A DNA stretch of 32,000 nt, from assembly GCF_000247565.1 (NCBI RefSeq), contig NC_016893.1:630001-662000 (forward strand), written 5' to 3'. The notes beneath the pieces are model-generated. The model was not told where the DNA came from. It saw nothing but the letters and a program-made list of their open reading frames with translations, and did not search any database. The position numbers and the translations under genes are program-made. Source of the DNA: Wigglesworthia glossinidia endosymbiont of Glossina morsitans morsitans (Yale colony). GTDB lineage: Bacteria; Pseudomonadota; Gammaproteobacteria; Enterobacterales; Enterobacteriaceae. Within the stretch, counting starts at the first letter, position 1, and each line of letters starts with the position of its first letter. This document shows, in pieces, positions 1-9,799 of the stretch.

Positions 1-2
1 AA

Positions 3-1277
3 AAAAATATTGTTATTTTAGGTGCTCAATGGGGAGATGAAGGTAAAGGAAAAATTATTGATTTTTTATCTCAAAAAATACGATACGTAATTCGATGTCA
101 AGGAGGAAATAATGCAGGACATACAATAGTAATTAAAAATAAAAAAATTGTTTTGCATCTTATACCTTCAAGCATTTTAAATAAAAAAACAATTAACATT
201 ATTTCGAGCGGTGTAGTAGTATCTTTAGATGCTTTAGTATCAGAAATACGTATGTTAGAAAATAATCAAGTTGATTTGAAAAATAGAATTTTTATTTCAG
301 CTTTATGTCCGTTAGTTCTACCATGCCATATTGCTATAGATATAGCGAGAGAAAAAAATAATAAAAATACAATACATATTGGTACTACAAAGTGTGGCAT
401 TGGACCTGCCTATGAAGATAAAATTGCAAGGCGCGCTTTACGTATTAATGATTTGTTTAATGAAAAAAAATTAAAATATAAATTAAAAATTATTATGGAT
501 TATTACAATTTTCAATTAGTAAATTATTACCGAGTTAATTCTATTAGTTATGAAGAAAATTTTGAAAGATTGATACAATATTCTAAAATTTTAAAATCTA
601 TGATTATAGATATTCCGAATTTTTTAAAAATTGCTACAAAAAATCATGAATCTATTATGTTTGAAGGGGCTCAGGGTGCATTACTTGATATCGATTATGG
701 AACGTATCCATATGTTACTTCTTCGAATACAACTATAGGAGGAATTATTTCTAGTACCGGATTTTCTCCTTTTAAGATTGATTCTATATTAGGAATATTA
801 AAAGCATATTCTACTCGAGTAGGCAAAGGACCTTTTCCTACAGAAATATTTAATGAAATCAGTAATATTTTGTTAACAAAAGGAAAAGAATTTGGTTCTA
901 CTACAGGGAGAAATCGGAGAATTGGTTGGTTTGATGTTGTAGCAGTAAAACGCTCTATACAGTTAAATTCTTTTTCAGAATTTTGTTTAACAAAAATCGA
1001 TGTACTTGATAATTTACAAGAACTAAAAATTTGTATTGCATATAAATTTCCAAAAAATTTTCAATTTAATAATATTAATTATTCAGAATATTGGAGTTAT
1101 GCGAAACCTATATATGAATCTATGCCAGGATGGAATAGCAAAACACATGGAATAAAAAAATTTGATAATCTTCCTGTGCTTGCTCAAAATTATATAAAAA
1201 GAATAGAAGATTTAATTAAAATTCCGATAAAAATGATTTCTACTGGATCAGAAAGAAACGACATAATTGTATTATAA
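3..1277 (+). CDS. purA: Adenylosuccinate synthetase, 5' end truncated by window start
   Basis: The frame of the listed ORF is open upstream to base 3 (KNIVILGAQWGDEGKGKIIDFL...CQGGNNAGHTIV) and includes the GDEGKGK P-loop. C-terminal part has GSTTGRNRRIGWFD and the terminal STGSERNDIIVL. Confidence 0.97.
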   Translation, partial: KNIVILGAQWGDEGKGKIIDFLSQKIRYVIRCQGGNNAGHTIVIKNKKIVLHLIPSSILNKKTINIISSGVVVSLDALVSEIRMLENNQVDLKNRIFISALCPLVLPCHIAIDIAREKNNKNTIHIGTTKCGIGPAYEDKIARRALRINDLFNEKKLKYKLKIIMDYYNFQLVNYYRVNSISYEENFERLIQYSKILKSMIIDIPNFLKIATKNHESIMFEGAQGALLDIDYGTYPYVTSSNTTIGGIISSTGFSPFKIDSILGILKAYSTRVGKGPFPTEIFNEISNILLTKGKEFGSTTGRNRRIGWFDVVAVKRSIQLNSFSEFCLTKIDVLDNLQELKICIAYKFPKNFQFNNINYSEYWSYAKPIYESMPGWNSKTHGIKKFDNLPVLAQNYIKRIEDLIKIPIKMISTGSERNDIIVL

Positions 1278-1621
1278 AATTAAATTTTTGAATGATTATA
1301 AAAATTAATTTAAACGGAATTTTTTTATTTAAAAAATTTGAATTGTTAATTTTTGAACTCAATATGTTTATATTAGTTGAAATTTAATATTAAATACAAT
1401 ATTTTAATCACTTAAAAAATTAAATGTGTATTAAAAGAAATAAATTTATTACTTAATAATTGTTAATTATTTTATTAAATTCATTTTTAAAAAAATTAAT
1501 ATCATGCAAGAAAAAAATACAAATGCATAATTTTAAATAAATTTATATACTAAATAGATAATCTTATATATCGTATATAAAATATTAATCTATGTTTTGA
1601 TAAAAATTTAAATATAAAAAT

Positions 1622-2374
1622 ATGAGCGAAATAGTATATGGTATCCACGTAATAGAAGAATTATTAGATAATCATCCAAATAAGATAATATGTATTTTTT
1701 TTTCACATACCAGACAAGATTTAAAGTTTAAAAAATTAATTTCTCAAGCAAAGAAAAATAATATTGCAATAAAATTTGTTTTAAAAAAATGGTTGACAAA
1801 AACTGTTAAACATAACAAGCATCAAGGTTTAATAGCTTATATAAAATCATCTCAAGTGTTAAAAGAAAAAAACTTGTTAGAAATTCTTAAAAAAGAAAAA
1901 TCATATTTATTTTTAATTTTTGATAATATCAATGATCCAAGAAATTTAGGAGCATGTATAAGATCAGCTTATTTAGCAGGAATTAGCGGAGTGATTATAA
2001 AAAAAAATCGTTCTGTAAAAATTAATTCTACAGTAAAAAAAACTTCTAGTGGGTCTACAGATCTTATACCAATAATACAGGTAACAAATTTAATATATAC
2101 AATCAAATTATTGAAAAAATATCATGTGAAAGTTATCGGAACATCACATGTAAGCGCAAATAATTTATATTTAGAAAATTTAAATCAATCTATCGCATTA
2201 GTGATGGGAGCAGAGAATAAAGGAATTAGTAATCTAGTTCAGAAAAATTGTGATCAAATAATAAAAATTCCTGTAGTTAATAAAAAATTTCCTTTAAACA
2301 TTTCAGTAGCTACTGGAATTTGTTTATTTGAGATTATTCGACAAAAATATTATAATAAATCATCTCACAACTAA
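1622..2374 (+). CDS. rlmB: 23S rRNA (guanosine-2'-O-)-methyltransferase, SpoU/TrmH family
   Basis: SpoU motifs NLGACIRSA, MGAENKGIS and LNISVATGICLFE; located downstream of purA, as in E. coli apart from the missing genes between them. Confidence 0.93.
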   Translation: MSEIVYGIHVIEELLDNHPNKIICIFFSHTRQDLKFKKLISQAKKNNIAIKFVLKKWLTKTVKHNKHQGLIAYIKSSQVLKEKNLLEILKKEKSYLFLIFDNINDPRNLGACIRSAYLAGISGVIIKKNRSVKINSTVKKTSSGSTDLIPIIQVTNLIYTIKLLKKYHVKVIGTSHVSANNLYLENLNQSIALVMGAENKGISNLVQKNCDQIIKIPVVNKKFPLNISVATGICLFEIIRQKYYNKSSHN

Positions 2375-2559
2375 ATTATTTATTTGATTTTTTAAAAAAA
2401 AATAATAATATTAATAAGAGTTAAATTAAAAATTGATAATACTTTTATTTAAGATAAATATATTATTTTTAATTGTATTAAAAACTCATTATGTTCAAAA
2501 ATTTTTATTAAAAATAAAAGTTATTAGAGAGTTATCTTTTAACGATTATTAAAAATTTA

Positions 2560-2568
2560 TGCTATGAT
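2560..2568 (+). promoter_or_regulatory. Putative extended -10 promoter element for cspE (TGC-TATGAT)
   Basis: TGCTATGAT matches the extended -10 TGnTATnAT, about 80 nt upstream of the cspE start; no strong -35 element seen. Confidence 0.45.
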
Positions 2569-2574
2569 TTACAT

Positions 2575-2603
2575 GCTAGAAAAATAATTTAATTTTTACT
2601 AGC
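2575..2603 (+). promoter_or_regulatory. Stem-loop at the predicted 5' end of the cspE leader
   Basis: GCTAGAAAAAT-AATTTA-ATTTTT(A)CTAGC: 11 bp with one bulged A, starting 7 nt after the putative -10 box. Confidence 0.5.
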
Positions 2604-2649
2604 AAACAATATAAGTTTTATTTCTATAATTTTATTAAAGGTAAGTTGC

Positions 2650-2859
2650 ATGTCTAAAATTAAAGGTAATGTGAAATGGTTTAATGAATCAAAAGGATTT
2701 GGATTTATTACTCCAGAAGATGGAAGTAAAGACGTATTTGTACATTTTTCTGCAATTCAAAGCAATGGCTTTAAGACTCTTGCAGAAGGGCAACGTGTAG
2801 AATTTGAAATCACTAATGGAGCCAAAGGACCATCGGCTGCTCATGTGACTACGATTTAA
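2650..2859 (+). CDS. cspE: Cold-shock-like protein CspE, 69 aa
   Basis: [66 protein letters not shown] is almost identical to enterobacterial CspE; neighbours lipA as in E. coli. Confidence 0.97.
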   Translation: MSKIKGNVKWFNESKGFGFITPEDGSKDVFVHFSAIQSNGFKTLAEGQRVEFEITNGAKGPSAAHVTTI

Positions 2860-2880
2860 ATTAAACTTGAAATAAAAATC

Positions 2881-2957
2881 AGATGCAGTGAAAATTTTAA
2901 TCATTATATATTATTTAAAATAATTTGAATTAAGAAAAACTGCATCTTTGATTTTTT
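2881..2957. terminator. Putative bidirectional terminator between convergent cspE and lipA
   Basis: Perfect 9-bp inverted repeat AGATGCAGT (2881-2889) / ACTGCATCT (2939-2947), followed by TTTGATTTTTTT on the + side and GATTTTTATTTC when read on the - strand. Confidence 0.55.
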
Positions 2958-2962
2958 TATTT

Positions 2963-3895
2963 TTAAATATTATTTTTTTGTTTTTCTGCATGATACGAAG
3001 AACGTACAAAAGGACCACACATAGCACTGGTAAAACCCAAATTTATTGCAATTTTCTTGAAATTTGAAAATTCTTCGGGGTGAACGTATCTGACAACAGG
3101 TAAATGCTTAGGTGTAGGTCTAAGATATTGTCCTATCGTTAACATACTAACAGATGATTGTCTCAGATCTTTCATAACTTGAATCACTTCCTCTTTAGTT
3201 TCTCCTAAACCTAACATCAATCCAGATTTAGTTGGAATTTTAGGATTAAGTAAATTAAAATTTTTTAATAATTTTATAGATCTATCGTATTTAGCTCCCG
3301 GTCGAACTTTCGCGTACAATCGAGGTACACTTTCTATATTGTGATTAAATATATCTGGAGGAAATTTATTAAGAATGTTTAAAGCATATTTATTACATCC
3401 ACGAAAATCTGGTACTAAAATTTCAATTTTAATTTTAAAATTAAGTTTTCTGATTGAATAAATACAATCGGCAAATTGTTGTGCGCCACCGTCTTTTAAA
3501 TCATCTCGATTTACAGAAGTAATTACAACATGTTTTAGCTGCATTTTTATAACGGTATTTGCTAATTTTTCAGGTTCTTGTTTATCAATTATTTTTGGTC
3601 TTCCAGACATAACATTGCAAAATGGACAACGACGCGTGCAAATAGCGCCTAAAATCATAAATGTTGCTGTTCCCCGATTAAAACATTCTGGCAAATTAGG
3701 ACATGCAGCTTCTTCGCACACAGTATGTAAATTTTGACTTTTTATAATTTTTTTAATTTTATCTATTTGATCCGTATTTGTAGGAAGTTTAATTTTTAAC
3801 CAATTTGGTTTATTAAGAATTAACTTATCTTGTCTGTTAATCAAAGTAATAGTTGATATTATATTTTTGTTCTGTTTGTTTGATATATTTTGCAT
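2963..3895 (-). CDS. lipA: Lipoyl synthase (radical SAM)
   Basis: [12 protein letters not shown] (auxiliary cluster) and [10 protein letters not shown] (radical SAM CxxxCxxC) motifs; adjacent to lipB. Confidence 0.97.
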   Translation of the reverse strand: MQNISNKQNKNIISTITLINRQDKLILNKPNWLKIKLPTNTDQIDKIKKIIKSQNLHTVCEEAACPNLPECFNRGTATFMILGAICTRRCPFCNVMSGRPKIIDKQEPEKLANTVIKMQLKHVVITSVNRDDLKDGGAQQFADCIYSIRKLNFKIKIEILVPDFRGCNKYALNILNKFPPDIFNHNIESVPRLYAKVRPGAKYDRSIKLLKNFNLLNPKIPTKSGLMLGLGETKEEVIQVMKDLRQSSVSMLTIGQYLRPTPKHLPVVRYVHPEEFSNFKKIAINLGFTSAMCGPFVRSSYHAEKQKNNI

Positions 3896-3981
3896 TTTTT
3901 AAATTAGTAAAATTGTTATTTGTTGTTTTTATAAAAAATAAATTTTTTTAAATCAATAAACAGCGATATTTTTCTTAAAAA

Positions 3982-4632
3982 TTAACATAATTTAATAGAA
4001 TGAAAAAAATTAATGTTTTTTTTTTCTATCATTAAAAATTTTTTACAATTTTTAATTAAAATTGGCAAAATCATATTTAAATTAATTTTAGGAAAAAATT
4101 CACTTATTTGTGTCATTTTTATATTAGCATTACCGCACGGATATATATATGAAAAAGGAGATAAATCCATTTTTACGTTTAATGCTAATCCGTGTAAAGA
4201 ATAACCTTGATAAATTCTTAATCCTAAAGAACAAATTTTTTTATTTTGTACATATACTCCTGGATATCCTTTAATAAGATAACTGTAGATTTTAAAATAT
4301 AATAATGTAGAAATAACAATTTGTTCTAAAATTAATATTAATTGTTTAATTCCAATTTTTAATTTTTTAACATTTAATAAAAAATATATAACTTGTTGTC
4401 CTGGAGCATGAAAAGTTATATGACCTCCGCGATCAGTTTTAATTACTGGAATGTTAGATATATAAGATGCTTGAAATTTATCCAAATTACCTAAAGTGAA
4501 TACCGGATAATGCTCTAGAAACCAGATTTCGCTTACATGATTTATTTTATTTTTATTAATATAATTATACATAGCATGCAATATATGCTCGTATTTGTGT
4601 ACACCTAGTAAACGAATATTAGTTGTATTCAT
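3982..4632 (-). CDS. lipB: Octanoyltransferase
   Basis: RGGHITFHAPGQQVIYFLLN, KKICSLGLRI and HGLALNVKMDLSPFSYIYPCG correspond to LipB motifs, including the conserved Lys and Cys. Confidence 0.95.
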   Translation of the reverse strand: MNTTNIRLLGVHKYEHILHAMYNYINKNKINHVSEIWFLEHYPVFTLGNLDKFQASYISNIPVIKTDRGGHITFHAPGQQVIYFLLNVKKLKIGIKQLILILEQIVISTLLYFKIYSYLIKGYPGVYVQNKKICSLGLRIYQGYSLHGLALNVKMDLSPFSYIYPCGNANIKMTQISEFFPKINLNMILPILIKNCKKFLMIEKKNINFFHSIKLC

Positions 4633-4719
4633 AAATATTTTTTTAAAATCAATTTTATTGGAATTAAATAATATTATTTATTAATTAAAAAAATTAATAA
4701 ATTAATTTAGTATTATGAA

Positions 4720-5895
4720 TTATATGAATTTTTGAATGTTTAACTTAATATAATCAATAATGTAATGTAATGCATTTCCAGAATGAACTTCTTCTAAAGT
4801 CACTAAAGGAACTTCTGTAATAATAGAGTTATTCAATTTAAAAATTATTTTACCTACTTTTTGGTATTTTTTTAATGGAGCTTTTAATACACTAGAATCT
4901 AATGTATATTCTATCACAATATCCTTATCTTTGCCTTTTGGTATAGTGAGATATACATTTTTTTTTACTCCTAAATTTACTTTATCTACATTCCCAAAAA
5001 ATACAGATTTTTTTAAAAAAATTTCTTCAGATTTTAAAGATAAAATAGTATTGAATGATCTAAATCCCCATTGGAGCAAAGATTTGCTGCCACGATCTCT
5101 TTCATGAGCAGTATTACTACCAAGTAGTACTGAAATTAAGCGCATGTTATTATTTACTGCAGATGCTGCAAGATTATATCCTGCCAATTTTGTATGACCT
5201 GTTTTGATACCATCAACATGTAAATTTTTATCCCATAACAAATTATTACGATTTATCTGTCGAATATGATTATAAGTAAATTCTTTTTCTTTATACTTAA
5301 TATATTCATGTGATACATCACGAATTAGGGCAATACTAATTAATGCTATATCTCTTGCAGAACTAAATTGTCCAGAAGTGTCTAATCCATGTACATTTTT
5401 AAAAAATGTATTTTTTAAATTTAGTTGATGTGCATAATTATTCATTAACTCTACAAAAGATCTTTGATCACCAGAAATATAATTTGCAATTGCAACACAT
5501 GCGTCATTTCCTGACTGTAAAATAATTCCTCGAGTTAATTCTGATATAGATACATGATCTCCGGGCCGCAAAAACATAAGTGATGATCCTTTTAATTCAG
5601 GATTGCCTAACATCCATGAGTCTTTGGTAATAGTTACTAAATCGTTTGGATTAATTTGTCCTGAATTAATTAATTTACCTACAATATAACTAGTCATCAT
5701 TTTTGTTAAACTAGCAGGTGCTCTTTGCATATCTGCATTCAATTCTGATAAAACTTGACCCGAATTGTAATCAATTAAAATATAAGATGCTGCATTTATT
5801 TTAGGAGGACGTAATTCAGTGTACATATATTCTGCATATGATTGACGCAATAATAAAAAAATAAAAATAAAATTTTTTATTATAAATAAATGCAT
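4720..5895 (-). CDS. dacA: D-alanyl-D-alanine carboxypeptidase (PBP5-like); start revised from the ORF-track 5970 to the internal ATG at 5895
   Basis: PASLTKMMTSYIV (SxxK), SGNDACVAIA (SxN), VDGIKTGHT (KTG), and a C-terminal amphipathic anchor YIIDYIKLNIQKFI. The first 25 aa of the track ORF look like noncoding AT-rich extension before the signal-peptide-like MHLFIIKNFIFIFLLL. Confidence 0.9.
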   Translation of the reverse strand: MHLFIIKNFIFIFLLLRQSYAEYMYTELRPPKINAASYILIDYNSGQVLSELNADMQRAPASLTKMMTSYIVGKLINSGQINPNDLVTITKDSWMLGNPELKGSSLMFLRPGDHVSISELTRGIILQSGNDACVAIANYISGDQRSFVELMNNYAHQLNLKNTFFKNVHGLDTSGQFSSARDIALISIALIRDVSHEYIKYKEKEFTYNHIRQINRNNLLWDKNLHVDGIKTGHTKLAGYNLAASAVNNNMRLISVLLGSNTAHERDRGSKSLLQWGFRSFNTILSLKSEEIFLKKSVFFGNVDKVNLGVKKNVYLTIPKGKDKDIVIEYTLDSSVLKAPLKKYQKVGKIIFKLNNSIITEVPLVTLEEVHSGNALHYIIDYIKLNIQKFI

Positions 5896-5994
5896 ATTTA
5901 AAAATTTTATAAAAATATACTTTGTATAGTATAGAAAATTTTTGTAGTTTTTTTTAAAAAAAATAATCATATTTAAATATAAAATTATATTATT

Positions 5995-7107
5995 TTATAA
6001 TTTTTGAGATAACATTGTTTTATGTGTATTAATTGATATTATTATGCCGAATCCAGACATTAAAGCAATTAATGCAGATCCACCGTAACTCATTAAAGGT
6101 AGTGGCACACCAACGATAGGCAATATACCGCTTACCATACCGATATTCACAAAAATATAAAAAAATAAAGTTAACATCAAACTTCCAGTCATTACTCGGC
6201 AAAAAGTATTTTCTGCTTGCATAGCAATAATTAATCCTCTAATTATTAGAATAAGATATAATAATAATAATATAACACTTCCAATAAATCCAAATTCTTC
6301 TCCTAAAACAGAAAAAATAAAATCTGTATGTCTTTCGGGTAAAAATTCTAATTGAGATTGCGTACCTGATAACCACCCTTTTCCATATAATCCACCAGAT
6401 CCGATAGCAATTTTTGATTGCAAAATATGGTATCCTGCACCTAAAGCGTCTAATTCAGGATTTAATAAAATTTTCACACGATCTTTTTGATAGTCATGCA
6501 TAAAAAATTTCCACAATAATGGCACTATACAAGTTAAGATACATATACAATATATGATAAATTTTTTTTTCATTCCAGATAAAAATAGAACAAATATTCC
6601 AGAAAAAAAAATTAAAATTGCTGTCCCTAAATCTGGCTGTATTGCAACTAATATGGAAGGAATTAAAATTAAAAAAAAAGAAATACTAATGTCTTGCAAA
6701 GAAAGAGGAATATTTGCACGATTTACTAATCTAGAAATCATTAATGGAACTGCAATTTTAGCTATTTCAGCTGGTTGAAATTGTAAAATGCCTAAATCTA
6801 ACCATCTCTTTGCTCCTTTACTGATTTTTCCAAAGCTGTCAACTGAAACAAGCAACAAAATACAGATAAAATATAAATAAGGTGCTAATTGTTCATATTT
6901 ATTAGGAGTAATATAACTAAGCAAAAACATAATTAAAATTCCAATACTTATTTGAATTATTTTTTTTTGAGTAATTTCCACATTTTTACCACTAGCACTC
7001 CAAATGAGTAAAATACTATATAAAAGCAGTATAACGATGACTGTTATAAATATAAAATCAATATGAATTTTTCTATAAAAAGAATTTTTATGAAAATTAA
7101 TAAACAT
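5995..7107 (-). CDS. mrdB: Rod shape-determining SEDS protein RodA
   Basis: Multi-TM SEDS protein with KGAKRWLDLG, FLPERHTDFIFSVLGEEFG and PLPLMSYGGSALI; adjacent to mrdA. Confidence 0.96.
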   Translation of the reverse strand: MFINFHKNSFYRKIHIDFIFITVIVILLLYSILLIWSASGKNVEITQKKIIQISIGILIMFLLSYITPNKYEQLAPYLYFICILLLVSVDSFGKISKGAKRWLDLGILQFQPAEIAKIAVPLMISRLVNRANIPLSLQDISISFFLILIPSILVAIQPDLGTAILIFFSGIFVLFLSGMKKKFIIYCICILTCIVPLLWKFFMHDYQKDRVKILLNPELDALGAGYHILQSKIAIGSGGLYGKGWLSGTQSQLEFLPERHTDFIFSVLGEEFGFIGSVILLLLYLILIIRGLIIAMQAENTFCRVMTGSLMLTLFFYIFVNIGMVSGILPIVGVPLPLMSYGGSALIALMSGFGIIISINTHKTMLSQKL

Positions 7108-7133
7108 GCTTTAAAACCTTTAAATATTAATTA

Positions 7134-8986
7134 TTATTTTTTTAACAAAATGTAATCTAATATTTTACGTACGATTTTCCCAGAAGAAATGTGTTCTTCC
7201 CCATTTTCTAATATTAGCACAATACAAACTGTTGGTTTTTCAAATGGAGCAAATGCAGTCATTAGTTTATGATCTCGAAATTTTTCCGATACTTTACTCG
7301 GATCATATATTTCATATGGCTGCAAGCTAAATACTTGCGCTGTTCCAGATTTGGCTGCTACTTTATAAGGTGCATCATAAAAATTCCTATATGCTGTACC
7401 ATTAGATCGATTTGCAACTCCATACATACCATTTTTTACAATATCCCAAAAAACAGTACGAGAATCTCCTATTTGTGCATATGAATTTTGGTGATAGTAA
7501 GTAACCGAATAACTATCTTCTTGAATAGAAGACAATAAATGCGGTGTACGTACTAATCCGTTGTTTACTAAAGTCATGAGTGCTTTTGATATTTGTATTG
7601 GTGTTGCAGTCCAGTATCCTTGTCCTATACCTACTGAAATTGTATCTCCTTGATACCAAGGTTGTTTGATATGTTTTATTTTCCATTCACGATCTGGCAT
7701 AATCCCTATATTCTCTTCGAACAAATCAATACCTGTACTCTGTCCATATCCAAATTTTTTCATCCATTCAGATAATTTATCAATTCCCATATTATATGCA
7801 ACTTGATAAAAAAAAGTATCTGCTGATTCTTCTAGCGCTTTAGTAATATTCAAATATCCATGACCCCATTTTTTCCAATCACGATAAATTTTTTCTGATC
7901 CTGGTAGTTTCCACCATCCAGGATCAAACAAAAAAAAGTTTGTACTGATACTTCCTGAATGCAATGCAGAAATAATAACATATGGTTTAATCGTAGACGC
8001 TGGAGGATACATACCTTGAGTAACACGATTGACAAAAGGACGATTAATATCGTGTGTTATTTTTAAATATTTTTTGTTTGATATGCCATTAATAAATATA
8101 TTAGGATCGTAACTTGGATTAGAAACTAATGCAAGTATTCCTCCGTCTCTAGGATCTAATACTACCACTGCAGCGCGCATAGAAGATATTAATTGTTTAA
8201 TATATCTTTGCAAATTTAAATCTAACGTTAAAGTAATATTTTTTCCTGATTTTGGTGGAGAAAAACGTAATTGTCGAATAATTTTTCCTCTACTATTTAT
8301 TTCTACTTCTTTAAAACCAGGTTGTCCATGCAATTTTTTTTCATAAAATTTTTCAATACCTAATTTTCCTATTTCTTGATTTTTGAAATAATCTAAAAAT
8401 TCTTTTTTATACTGCAATTTTTTGAATTCAGAATAATTGATTTTTGATATATATCCAATTACATGTGCTATTTCTGATCCATATGGATAATATCGGCGTT
8501 GATAGTTTTTTATTGATACGCCGGGAAAACGGTATTGATTCAAAAAAAATTTAGTATATTGAACGTCTGTAAGTTCCGATTTAATAAGCACGTTATTTAA
8601 GTAATTAGATTTTTGTTTTTCTTTTTCAAAAAACAAAATATCTGATTCATTTAAATCTAATACAGATTTTAATTCATTTATTGTATGATTAATATTTTCT
8701 ACTTGCTTTAAATTAATTTCTAATTGATAAATAGTACGATTTATTGCTAATACAATACCATTACGATCTAAAATTGTACCTCTTGTAGGAGGGACAGATA
8801 TAAATTTAATTCGATTAAAATTAGATTTGTTATGATATGTAGAAAAACAAGAAATTTGTAGATAGTACAGATTAAAAATTAAAATTCCAGTAAATAATAT
8901 AATAAAAAAAAAGATATTATAATACGATTTAAAAAAATTTTTGATTCAATAAAATATTGCTTATAATAATTTAATTTATCTTTCAT
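7134..8986 (-). CDS. mrdA: Penicillin-binding protein 2, apparently frameshifted at an A9/T9 tract (8904-8912); ORF track reports only 7134..8636
   Basis: Body contains PPASTIKPY, SADTFFYQVAY and KSGTAQVF. Similarity continues upstream of the TTG at 8636 (RIKFISVPPTRGTILDRNGIVLAINRTIYQLEINLKQVENINHTINELKSVLDL) to the poly-T tract, and then in another frame to ATG at 8986 (MKDKLNYYKQYFIESKIFLNRIIISFF). Confidence 0.9.
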
Positions 8987-9166
8987 ATTTATATTTATTT
9001 TTTCATAAAATATTAAATATTCCTATTTAATATTATATTTGTATTGAAAATTATAATACGTTATTGTAAATATAATATATATACTGATATTTTCAATATC
9101 TAAGAGTATTTATATAAAAAAAATTATAAATTCACTTTTATATTTAAACTAAAATATTTATTTTAA

Positions 9167-9799
9167 TTATTTATCAGAATATAATTTTTTTTTAAAAATA
9201 TATTTTTGCACCGAAGTTGCAATTAAACCATTACAAGACATTCCAAAATGACATCTTAAACGAATAATGCTAGATGATATGTTCCAAACCGGCGTTAACG
9301 CATAATAAATTAATCCGCAGGGAAGATAATGCAAAATATCCGGATGAATTTTATTTAATTTTGGATTACATATATATTTTGAGCGCGAACATACTATAAG
9401 ATGACAGAAATTAATTAATTCTAATCCTCTATACCAATTTGGAAGATTTAAAAAAGAATCTTGACCTAAAATAAATCCAATAGGTTTATATGGACCGTAT
9501 TCGCAACGAATATTTTTAAAAGTATTGAAAGTCCAAGATGGCATAAGATCACGCACTTCTCTATAATCTATCTTAAAAATATTTTCTGGAATTTCAGATA
9601 TAGCGAGTTGTATCATATTTATACGATCTTCTATAGAAGTTTTTGGCATATTTCTATGCACAGGAATTCCATTAGGCAATAAAATAATTTTATTGAGACG
9701 AACTAATTTCGCAATAGCTATTGCAGATTGGACGTGTCCATTGTGAATAGGATCAAAAGTACCTCCGTAAAAAGCAATTAAAGTTGATTTTTTTTTCAT
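9167..9799 (-). CDS. nadD: Nicotinate-nucleotide adenylyltransferase
   Basis: N-terminal FYGGTFDPIHNGHVQSA nucleotidyltransferase motif; C-terminal ISSSIIRLRCHFG; gene order mrdA-nadD-holA. Confidence 0.94.
   Translation of the reverse strand: MKKKSTLIAFYGGTFDPIHNGHVQSAIAIAKLVRLNKIILLPNGIPVHRNMPKTSIEDRINMIQLAISEIPENIFKIDYREVRDLMPSWTFNTFKNIRCEYGPYKPIGFILGQDSFLNLPNWYRGLELINFCHLIVCSRSKYICNPKLNKIHPDILHYLPCGLIYYALTPVWNISSSIIRLRCHFGMSCNGLIATSVQKYIFKKKLYSDK

Noticed and set aside
7850-8035. Short ORF on the minus strand inside mrdA in another frame (61 aa)
   Set aside because: It is an alternate-frame ORF fully inside a strongly supported PBP2 coding region, with no recognisable motifs.
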